Assembly: GCA_905178155.1 (NCBI GenBank)
Contig: CAJINV010000024.1
Span: 8,310 to 72,309, forward strand
Direction of reading: 5' to 3'
From: Amoebophrya sp. A120
Taxonomy: Eukaryota > Protista > Dinoflagellata
DNA length: 64,000 nt
Part shown: positions 35,182 to 47,100 of the stretch, piece by piece
Layout: the number at the start of each line of letters is the position of its first letter
Numbering within the stretch: the first letter of the stretch is position 1
Made by a program: the position numbers and the translations under genes
Notes under the pieces: generated by a model
Databases searched by the model: none
Told to the model about the DNA's origin: nothing
The model's input: only the letters and a program-made list of their open reading frames with translations

Positions 35182-38100
35182 TTACTTCACCTCCTTCGAA
35201 AAGCGGAAATAGAGTTTCTTGGCCAGCAGCCGGTGCTTCTTTGACTTCGCATACCAGGCAGCGTCATGACCGTGGTGACACTATGCATTGCAAATATCCA
35301 GGGTGGCTGGATTTGTGATGCGAAATTTGAAGGACAGCTGGATCTGTGATGCATGAAGAGGATTGGCACGTTTTTTTGTCCCATGCTGGAAGACAGTTTG
35401 TCATGCTATTCACGAATGAAAATGAATGCACAAGAAGCCGAGGAAAAGAACTTCTCATGCTGTTATGCCGTACAAGCGGCCACCCTGTGTTGCAAGTATC
35501 AGCACCACAAGTTTCCAGACCGAGACATACTTGCATTTGATAGGCACTTCTGCTCCGGGTCCGCTCCGTAGTGCAGGATTAAGAAGTATCAAGTGCAAAA
35601 ATGTCTGGGTCTGGAAGAGTGTAGACTTGTCATGCAGATTTTCCATGACCCATGAGGTCAGGAATGCGGGACTGAGCATGACAGACTCTGCGAGGTCTCT
35701 GCCATGCCTAAGTATTCTGCATGAGAAAGTCCGTTCCAACTTGGTCAAAAGTGGACAGCTTTTGGCATTCATGCAACACAGATTTTTGCATGCTTCAGAT
35801 TTGTCATGACAAGTTACCATCTTCCAGACCCAGATATTTTTGCAATTCATAAGAAATGGCACAGGTCTTCCTTCCCCGTTTTCGCGGCGTAGTGCAAAAT
35901 GGTCTGTCCGTTGTTGGGCCACTTGTTGTCGAGTGCTTTCCAGCCCTATCAAAATGAAAAATCCCCCCTCCCCATATCAGAATGGGGATTTGTGTAGCCT
36001 AGCATGATTTGTGAACACAAATCATTTTGTCATGCTAGAAGGCAAAAGATAGATGCAGACCCTGTAGTTCTGGCTGGCGTGGGAAGGCTTTGCATCTTCA
36101 GCATGACAGGAGGCAACTGGAAATGGAAAACAGCATGAAAAATCTCCTACAATTCAGGCCACAACTACTTCCAACGGCCTTCTCGCAATACAAGTCTATT
36201 TGTGTACGCAACTCCGGCATCACAGATGTCCTTTTCGATATGGGGCGGGGAGAATTTCCCTTACGATAAGCCCTGGTTGTTGAGCATCTTGAAGCACTTC
36301 TTGTACTCCGCCGGCACCGATTCCTCAGCTTATCCTGTGCAAAAGTATCGTACTCGGAGTATAATTGCATTTATGCATTACAAATCTCTTTCTCAAGGTA
36401 AATCCGCATTACAAATTGAATTTGTAAAATGCTGGGCTAATTTGTGATGCAATTGATACTACACTAGTACGATGCTTTTGCATTGCATACGGCTTCGTAC
36501 GGGGACATGATGTCACTCGCTTTGATCACTTTCTCCTGTATGAGAGTGCACAACTCACCCTCCCTTTATCTGTATTTTATTTGCATGAACAGCAATACAA
36601 ACACTTGCACGAGTGCAGCCTGTGCATGACAAATTCAGGCACCTAGTTTAGTACTGCTTGGTCGCTGTCCGGAATCTGTGATGCATGCTAGTGCCGCAGG
36701 GAAGCACTTGGATTCTGGATTTTGCATGAGAAATGAGAACGAGGGGGGAGTTGTGCAGTTTCATATCCTGGCCGGCCACGTTAGAAGGCATACCGGATTT
36801 ATCAAATGTAAAAATGTCTGGGTCTGGAAGATTCTGAGACTTGTCATGCATGTTTTGCATGACCCAGGACGTCTGTAATGCACGCCCTAGCATCACAGAT
36901 TTTTAGACGGCTTCCTGATGCCTACTCCGCATGACAAACGCCCTCCCCGCGTAGCACAAACTAGACCCCTGCTCTTGCTGGTCATGCAATACAGAGTTTT
37001 TTAGAGACCGAAGTTAGCATCACAAGTTCCAACCTTCCAGACCCCGACATTTTTGCGTTTGATAGGATTTCTCATCCAGCAAATCGTTGCTGTTCGCGCC
37101 GTCATCCAGCTTGCTCTGGGCCTGCGCCTTCTTAGCCGCTTCCAGCTTCTTGCGCAACTATCGTGAGATAAAATCCCCCCTCCCCATATTGGAAAGGACA
37201 TTTGTGATGTCGGATTTGCGTACACAAATCGACTTGTTATGCTAGAAGGCCAAGCGACGCAATTGTGGCCGGAATTGCAAGCAGTTTGTCATGCTGTTTG
37301 CCACTTCCAGTTGCCTCCTGTCACGCTGAAGATGCAAGGCCTTCCCACGCCGGCCAGCACTACAGTCCGCATCTTTTGCCCTCTAGCGTGACAACGTGAA
37401 TTGTGCTAGCAAATCATGCTACACAAATCTCCGTTTTAGTATGGGGAGGAGGGATTTTTCCTTTTGATAACTGCTCCGGATTCTTCTGCAGCTGGTACTT
37501 CCACTCCTTCTATGAGAGTGCACAACTCCCCCTCCCCCTCATTTGTCATGGAAAATACCAATTCCAAGCGCTGCTGCGTGGTACTGTTTGCATGACAGAT
37601 TCCGGAAGCCCAAACAGTACTGCACTGAGCGCATGAACTTGTCATGAACAGGCTCCACAGGTGGGGGTGTCTGTATTGCTGTTCATGCGATACAAATGAG
37701 GGGGAGGGGGGTTGTGCACTGTCATACCTTCGCGAAAACCTGTTCGTTCGCCGGATTCGAAAAGTCGATCTCCTCCGCCGGAAAACTGACCATCAGCGCC
37801 GGGATATCCAGAGGAAAAACGTCTTCAAACCTGAGTCAAGATGGGAACTCCACATCGGTGCCGTAATTGCAACCCATTTTTTGCCCAAGAGCAAGAATTA
37901 TGTTCCCTGATTCCAGGAAAAAAATCATTTTTCCCAGGATCTAAAACTGCGCTTTTGGCTTTGCAATTCGGTACCTGAATTGCAAGCCACTTTTTACCCG
38001 AGCGCGATAATTCGGGACCCTAATTCCGGGAAAAAAATCATTTTTCCCAGGATCTAAAACTGCGCTTTTGGCTTTGCAATTCGGTACCTTAATTGCAAGC

Positions 38101-41100
38101 CACTTTTTGCCCGAGCGCGATAATTCGGGACCCTAATTCCGGGAAAAAAATCATTTTTCCCAGGATCTAAAACTGCGCTTTTGGCTTTGCAATTCGGTAC
38201 CTTAATTGCAAGCCACTTTTTGCCCGAGCGCGATAATTCGGGACCCTAATTCCGGGAAAAAAATCATTTTTCCCAGGATCTAAAACTGCGCTTTTGGCTT
38301 TGCAATTCGGTGCCTTAATTGCAACCCACTTTTTGCCCGACCGCACGAATCATGTTCTGTGCATGGCAAATTCTGTTGCAAGCCACTTTCTGCCCGACGT
38401 GCATGACAACTCTGGAATGGGGACGTTTTTGACTCCGGGTACGAGAACTCTTCGAAGAGCGAGTTTTTCTTCTTCGGGTTCGCCAAATCAATGGCCTTCT
38501 TGCCGAAATCGTCGATCACGTGCACCTGCTGCTTGATAATCGTTTCGTCCAGGTTCAGCACCAGGTAGTCGAAGAGAGGCTATCAAGTGCAAATATGTCT
38601 GGGTCTGGAAGATTGCCAGGCTTGTCATGCATGTCTTGCATGACCCATGACGCCTGGAATGCATGGCCGAGCATCACAGATTTTTAAAGGGCTTTCTGAT
38701 GCATATTCCGCATGAGCAATGCCGTCTCCGCGTAGCACAAACTGGGCTCCTTTTGTTGGTCATGCAATACAGATTTGTCTAGAATCCAAAGATAGCATCA
38801 CAAGTTGCAACAGTCCAGACCCAGACATCTTTGCATTTGATAGGGGCTTGTTATTCTTTTTCGCCGCGTAGTGGAAGAAAGTGCCACCGCCGGTCTTGTG
38901 GGCCAATATGCATTGCGAATATGTTTGGGTCTGGAAACTTGTGATGCAAGGACGGGAAAAATAGTGATTACACTTTAATGCGCTGCCAAGCATGACAAGT
39001 TTTTCCGTGGTTCTGAGTAGCGTACTCCGCATGTCATGCGGAGTACGCTACTCAGAACCACGGAAAAACTTGTCATGCTTGGCAGAGAAACTGCGTTTTT
39101 GCATGACAGGCGAGCGGAGCTCTTCGCGGCCACGCAATACAGAGTTCAGAGTGATGCCAGACTAGCACGACAAATCTCGCAATCAATCTCCCAGACCCAG
39201 ACATATTTGTATTTGATAGCCAGCTGCTGCTGGCAATTCTCGTTGTCGAACCCGAGTTCCTTGCACATCCGAAACATCTTCCCGTAAAAGTCGCACAGCC
39301 CAAAGTCGTGTTATGCAATGCAAAAGCATGATCCTACTAGTAGAAATTGCATTACAAATTCCCACAGCATTACAAATTGAATTTGTAATGCTGATTTACC
39401 TTGGTTGATGTAATGCATAAATGCAATTACTACGAGTACGATACTTTTACACGGGATACGTGCTCCTCGTCGTAGATCTTCGTGCCGTCCGACCGGCCCG
39501 ATTTGTTGGACGCCATGGACTATGCAATGCAAAAGCATCGTACTCGTATAAAATAAATGCATTACAAATTTTCTCAGCAAGACGAGAGAAAATTTGTAAT
39601 GCGGATTTTCCTTGAGGAAAAGATTTGTAATGCATGATTGCAATACGAGTACGATACATTTGCACAGGATATGGACTCTTTGCTCATCATAGACTGCCGC
39701 AGCTGGTCCTTGTTCGGGACCAATTGGATCATGATCTGCCCGTTGCTGAATATGCATTGCAAACACGTCTGGGTCCTCTGGAAGGATGCAACTTGTCATG
39801 CTAAATCCGAACCGTGCAAAAATCTGTGTTGCATGAGTGGCAAAAGCTGTCCACTTTCGACGAAGTTGGGAGGGAGCTTCTCATGCAGGACATTAGGCAT
39901 GACAGAGACCTCACAGAGTCTGTCATGCTAGGTCCCGCATTCCGGACCTCGTTGGTCATGGAGAGCCTGCACTCTTGGAAATTCCCTACTACCGCTCGGG
40001 GGAGCTGGAACTTTCGCGAGACCAAACGAGATGGCAAGCGAGGTCCGCGCGCCCCCCCTGGAGGTGAGATACGAGGGTGGCCCTGTGTTGTGATCTGCAA
40101 TCTGCATTAGACCACACAGGAAATGAGGAAGTTGGAGAAGGATCAGAAATGATCTGGAGCGACACTATGGAACGCTCCAACAACCTCAGCCAACCACTGC
40201 CCTCGCATTCACAAGAGACCTGCCGAAACAGACTCAACTCCGGGAAGCCTTCCCGAAGCCGACCTCTAAGTTCGGCCTGGTCGGCCACGAGGCAATGTCC
40301 TCAGGGGCCGTTAGGAACCTCCCGAAACAATCGTCAACGAGCTTCAGCGCCAAGAAGCCGCTGACGAAAGAAACGCACAGACTGTTCCCAGTGGCAAGAA
40401 CAGAAAGGCAGGGACATAGGTGAACCGACAGTGACACCAACTCGACCAAGGTAACCCAGAGTTCCGGACCCGGGGAAAACTGGGGACCACGCGGCAGAAG
40501 CACAGCACAAAGACGCCTGAAGTGTTCCCAACCGCCAGTCAAGCAGCAGCCAAAAGTCAACGGAGGCAGCAGCAGAAGCCACTCAGGTACTCCACCGAAG
40601 ACAAGAGGAGCCGCAAGACCCAGAGCAAGCTCCGACGGCCACAACAGACGCTTCTACTGTCGCAACACCACTGGGGACGAAGACAGAGGGCAAGGCAAGA
40701 GCCTCGCGCAACGGGAATTTCCCACCAAGCCATGTCAACGACCTCACATGAGAAGGCGCACCAGAACGGCCACGAGAGGGGTAGACATAGGACATCCAGC
40801 ATCCAGACACGTCGCCAAGACCGAAGGCGGTGAGCAACACCCATCATCTCGTTTGCGGGATCCGTCGCCATGCGTTCATGTTGGTCGGCACTGGCCTCCA
40901 CTCGTATCTCGTCCCCGTGGTGAACCCAGACATGGCTACTACCTCGAACGAGGGAGCTGGAAATGCCGCGCGCGCTCGCATACGCATCTGGGGCGCGGAA
41001 CTCAAGATACGTCCAGCAGCCCGCCGACTCCACTACCGTAAGCCATTTAGGAGTACCCGCGCCGCCTCGCGAAGCTCCTATGGTCCCGCGCTGGCCTGCG

Positions 41101-44100
41101 TTGCTGGGCCACTGTCCTGTGCGCAAATGCCCAGAATCCAAACACGCTCTATCAGGGGTGCCGCTAGAGTCACAGCAGGGACTTTACGCGCACAGACTAT
41201 CAGGTCTGCCCTGGATTCTGGGGGTGGGAGAGATGCGGCGACAGCGCAGGCGAATCTTGGTCGAGCGACAGCATCATCTTCCAGGGTCCACAGGAAGAGC
41301 GGGCACCTGTGATTCAATTGAGGCAACGGCGGGGACGGACATGTTCCGCCCCCGTGCACACAACAACAGAGTAGCAGACCGGCCAAATGATTGAAAGAGA
41401 GAAGGAGACAAAACGAAGCTACTTCACATGCAAGGACTTAAGAGGAGGAAACCAAAAAGCACAATAAAAATAGCTCTATACTACTTTGCTCCCCCCAAAA
41501 GATCGCCGTCGCATGGCCGTGGCTCCAGCGCACGCTCGCGTCCCGTGATGCGCCACACGGCATCTGCTGATGCGCGGACCCTGCGCGGAAGATGTCTTCC
41601 CGAAAGCGTCCGACTCCACCCATGCTGGGGATTGTGCGGGGCCGCGTGTGGTGACCAGCCTTCTCATCGAAGACAGTAACGAAGCCCCCTTTTCCGCTCG
41701 TGTTGTGCTTTATACCGAGGTCCATGCTATGCTTGTCATGGCGCCTGCCAAATCCACCGGCAGTCATTGTCGGCGTGGCGGTCCTTTACCGTGCTTCTGG
41801 GCGTGGGCAAGACGGTAAGTCGATGGCTGTCGTCGGAGGAGAGGCCATGTACGATTTCAGTGTGCGCACGGACGCTCGGGGCGCCGATGCTCTAGCTAGT
41901 ACTACTGTAAAGGGGCACAGAGGACCCGCCACGTACGGGTGTTTATCTACTTTCGTTTCGAAACTCCACTGCAGGGAGTCGGGGGAGGTACCGACGTGGC
42001 GTCAGTGGTAGTTGTAAAACAATTTAGAAGATGAGCAACAGAATGGTCCTACTCTACGGCATAGCTCCCCCTGTTCTACATTGATGGATCTCAGGCAACA
42101 AGACAAAGTCTTGAGCCAAAATGGCTACGGGTTTACATTCTTGGAGAGCCTGCATGGAGAGCCTGCATGACAGGTTTACATTCTTCCAGATGTATAGACG
42201 TATTTGCATTTGATACTGAAGGGGTTGTCGCTAAACATGGAGGTGTTCACATTGTCGTCCCACGAAATGGATCCTGTGCAAAAGTATCGCACTCGTAGTA
42301 GTAATCGCAGTAATGCATTACAAATTTCTTTCTTAAGTTAAATCCGCATTACAAATTTTATTTCTCAAACTGAGGAAATTTGTCATGCGATTTATACTAG
42401 TAAGTACGATGCTTTGCATTTGATAAAATGGAGCGGTTGTTGAGGAAGGCATTGTTCGTCCCATTCATCGGACTGTCGTCGTCGAAATTTCGAGTGAAGC
42501 CGCCCTGGGAATTTGTGAAAGTGCTTATCCTCCTGGTCCTTGCCATCCTCGCCCGGCGAGGGGGGAAGGCGAAACCTCGCAACGTCGGGTTGCATCACCC
42601 CTTTCTCGTACCACTCGTTGCAGGTATTCAAAAGTGGCTGAAGTACGTTAGCCGAAGCATCTCTTCTTCCCGTCTGGTCGTGGAGGAAGCCCACACGAGA
42701 GACCAACGCCGGCAGATACACGTATTTGATCAGCAGGTACTGCTCCGAGAATTTGAATACGTTTAACGCATCCGGCGGCAGGCCTGGGAGACCGGACTTT
42801 ACGCGCTCATCTTCCTGCCTGGCTGCCATGTCCGCATCTCGGATGGCGATTTGAAAAAGGGACTCGTACTTCTGCGCTGTTTTGGAAGATGCGGAGGAAC
42901 TTCTCTGTGAGGCCGACGGCCCCTTGTGATCTCCGTTGAAATTGAAGCCTATGCATTGCAAAAATGTCTGGGGCTGGAACGAAGCAACTTGTCATGCTAA
43001 ATCTGAATCATGTGAAAATCTGTGTTGCATGATTCCCAAAAGCCATCCACTTTTGACCTAATCGAGAGACAATTTCTTATGCAGGATAGACATGATAGAA
43101 CTTCCACAGAATCTGTCATGCTATGTCCTACCTACCTGACCGCACGGGCCATGGAAAACCTGCATGACAAGTCTGGCATTCTTCCAGACCCAGACATTTT
43201 TGCATTTGATAAAACCGATTCCCGCACGATTTGGGTTCTCCGTTTCCTGCTCGAAGGCCGATTTGTACCGGTTCACGAGCATATGGATTGTAAAAGTGTC
43301 TGGGTCTGGAAGGTTGCAACTTGTCATGCTAATTCTGGATCATGCAAAAATCTGTGTTGCATGAGTGCCAACAGCTGTCCACTTTCGACCAAGTTGGCAG
43401 GGAGTTTCTCATGCAGGATAGGCATGGTAGGGATCTCACAGAATCTGTCATGCTGGGTCTCGCATTCCAGACCTCATGGCTCATGGAAAATATGCATGAC
43501 AATGCTAGAAATCTTCCAGACCCAGACATTTTTGCATTCGATAGAGCACGATTAGCTGCGAAGCCCAGTTGTGAAAATCCTGGGCCAGGAGGTGGTGGAC
43601 CTCGCGCCAGTCTTGTTGGCCCCAAAAATTGACGATTGTAGATTCGCGAGTTCTACAACTACTTCCGTGGTTGGCGTGGGCGGCGAGAGCAGCAAACACT
43701 TTTTGTGCAACGGGAAGTGCGCAGATGGTTCCCGACCAGTCGTGCAAAAGCATTGCTAGCACGTCGACCAGCGATTGCTGGGCCAGCCTGCCGACCGTCT
43801 CGTACATAACGCGCGTGATGGTGTCTATCTTCGCGCAGCTCTCCTCGGTGCCGGAATCATCGCGCCTGAAGAGGAGAGTTGCAAGCTCGTCCATTTTCGC
43901 TAGGTAAATATCCAGAATTTCTCGAAGCTCGTCGTCATGCGCAACGACCGGCTGTCGCTCAATCTCGGTCTCGGCAACACCACGATACGAGCGGGAGAGT
44001 ATCTTCGCGGAGGCGCGATCAGGACTGCGGCCTTGCAATTTTTGAATGCAGCCTCCAACCATGAGAGGGGAGCCAGACCGCTCCACGCACGCCAGATTCG

Positions 44101-47100
44101 TAAGCATTGCAATGCTAGATCGCCGAACCAAGTGCAAGCACGCGGGCTTCAGCTTGAGCTGAGCGCTTTCTTTCTTCTCGCCGTAGTAAGGCAACAAATT
44201 TACCACGTAGCGCTTGCAGGCTTCCCGCTCCCCCGCTGACAGAGTTGTGTCCGATACTTCTCCAACAACCTCTGCATACCGGCCATTCAACTCTGGACGC
44301 GACTGTAGATCCTGTACCAAAATTAGGTCACCTTTGAAAAAAAGCGACGACGCTAACATTTTTGCGTGGTCTTGTTCAGCGGTCTTCTTTTTGATTCGCA
44401 GAAAACGGTGCGAGCCACGTTCACTTATCGGACACTGCTCGCACTTCGTTAGCATGTACTGGTAGACCGGGGTGATCGAGACCAGAAACCAGGCACTCAC
44501 CGTGAACAGTTCTATTTGTTGAAGCAGCGCGACGCCGGTTTCCTTGTCGAGCGCACGCAGGTCCAAGACCTTTGTGTCGGTGTCGTCCGGAACATCAGCC
44601 GTGCTCCGGTTTCGCTGAATTTCTGCCAGGAGTTTGTACGGGTCGTCTTTCTGCTCAGCCGCAAATTTCTTCACGACTCGATCCACTTTATCATAGAGTT
44701 TGTCCAAGCGCTCCTCGTCCTTAATGTCATCGAAGTCATCGGGGTCATCACCCCATTCTTGTTTCATCTGCCTGCGCACCATCTTTTCTGTGAGAATTTC
44801 TCCGTACTGCAATTCCTGTTGGCGTTCTGGGACCCCCCTCGCGAACTCGACCAACAAACGGCGGACTGCTCCATACAGGTTCCGTAACGCAAAGCCCCGA
44901 AGTTGCCGCGGATCGTCCTCTTCCTCCAGCGGATCCTGAAGAACGGTAATGCAGGACATCATCATGTTGTCAACATGCACGCTCATCTCCCCAACTGCGT
45001 TCAGTGGAATCACGCCAGACATTGTTCCGCGAAGTATGTAATCGGAAATACTCCTGTTGGCCGGGTCTGCTGTCCCTGTAAAAAGTACGTAAGAGGCGCC
45101 GAAAGCCCCTTGCGCTGCAACCTGTCGGTCCTGCAACTCCCTTTGCAATCTGAGTTTCGCGTCCTCGGATGCGTTCGCGGCCTGCTGTCGTAAAAAGAAG
45201 CTCGCCACGCCATCCCTACTTGCGATTTTTGCTTTGGCCGAAACAATCTTCTCGTTACACCGCACTGTCCGTCCGTCTGCTGTTGACGTGCCAAGAACCT
45301 TCCACGAGTCGGGTGAGATTTCTCTCAGTGGTACTCCGAAAGCCGCTACGAGAACTTCCAGTGTCTTCTTCGTTTCCTCAAATTTGCAGTAGGTAAAAAA
45401 CTCCTCTCGGAGCCGAGAGATGATCAAAACCGCACACAGCGCGAATCCGGCGGCGAAATTCTTCACGACATAATCGCGCGGCAAAAACTTCTTTTCCGTC
45501 GCTTCCGCGATGAACTTGTAGGCATCTATGATTGAATCCAGGTACACGTTGGCTGCGTGCAGCTTTTGCGTGAGGTCCCGGTTCTCCTCAATTGAAGCAG
45601 GCACGGTGTTTGCCTCGCCATAGCGATCCACCGCGACGACTCTTTCTACTTCTGCAGTTGAATCGCCCGCGCTGCAATCTTGATCCACATGTCCTCCTGT
45701 CGCTCCCGCACTTGCCCGGTCTTTGTCCAGTACCTGCTGTGCATTTCCCCTAGCAGGTACAAGATCTGCCACAGGCCGTTCGTTTCGTTCTGCGACACGT
45801 AGTATGGATTGCAAAAGTGTCTGCGTCTGGAACAATGCAGGAATTTGTCATGCAGATTTTGCATGACCGATGAGGTCTGTGATGCATGCCCTAGCATCAG
45901 AGATTTTGCGAGGGCTTTCATCACATGCTCATACCGCATGAGAAATGCCCTCTCCACGTAGCACAAATTACACCTCTTTTGCTGTTCATGCAATACAGAT
46001 TTTATGTAGATTCCAAAAGTAGCATCACAAGTTGCATTCTTCCAGACCCAGACACTTTTGCATTTGATGCGTAGCCGCTGTCAACGACACGAAAAACCCG
46101 CGCGTCAAGTACCGTTACCAGCAAGAAGTCTAGCGTTTCCTTGGTTTCTTCCGAAAGCAGGTCGAAAGAAACGGCAGTCTGTGGTGCAGCTCGCGAAGAA
46201 CCAGACTGGCTGCCAGACGAGGTGGACTGCTTGGCCGATGGAAGTGGAGGATTTTTCGCGTCTGAAGATTCAATATTCGACAAAAAAGCCTGGTTGCCGT
46301 TCGTTTCTTGCGTCGTCGTCGTCGCGCCAGGTGTTGTTCCTGACGCAGAAGGAGGTCGCGGTTGTGCAACAAGCACCAAATGATAATTACCGGGTAAATC
46401 TCTTGACTTCATGTCCTTCAGCAGGCGACCGCTGAAGCGCTTGTGTTCGTACAGGAACTGCTTCAGGACGCGCTCTGCCAGCTCATGCTGCGCATCCCCG
46501 AGCAGGTCGTACACATGGGAAATGATTCCTGCAGCGATTTGCTCCGCTACCTCAGACTGGCTTTTGCAGCTGGCCTTCCCATCCGACGGAGCTGCTTCTG
46601 CGTCCTCGCCCAGTCGCGTCTCAGTGACCAAGATCGGATGCTCTTGCCAGGCCAGCTTTCTGTTCGCACGCAGGTCTGCTGGTGCTTGTTCGTCAGTATT
46701 CGTAACACCCTTCCTCGCCCGGAGGGCGGGCCCAGCTTCCGCCTGTCTGGCGGCTGCGGCGTCGTTTGCGTTCTGCAGTTCCGCCTCGCGACGAGTTTTC
46801 TTCAGGTCGAGCTCTTGCCGTTCTAGCTCGCGTTTCCGGACTTGCAACATGGTGAGACGCCACGTCTCCTGACTTACCAAATTTTTGGAGTGCACCGAAA
46901 CCGGAATGACCTTGTATCCTTCCCGCTTGAAAATGCGGCCTGTGACAGTGCACAACTTGTTCCCCTCCCTTTCATCTGAAAGGCGTGACCAGCAAAAGAA
47001 ACGCAACCGAATATATTTATAAGCCTGCGCATGTGCATGACAAGTTGCTGCCCGGTACATAAACTGCATCAGCATAATGTGAATCCGCTTCTGGGATTTG

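Larger units (their letters stand above)
39751..42215. mobile_element. Introner family A expanded to 2465 bp by a nested insertion
   Basis: Left part 39751-39971 and right part 42153-42215 together make a family A element; perfect repeat CTGAA; frame restored (DNPFS|NGQIM). Confidence 0.9.

Noticed and set aside
42050-42131. Spliced-leader RNA gene
   Set aside because: The leader is not followed by a GT donor and sits at the end of a TSD-flanked insert, so it is a retroposed relic.
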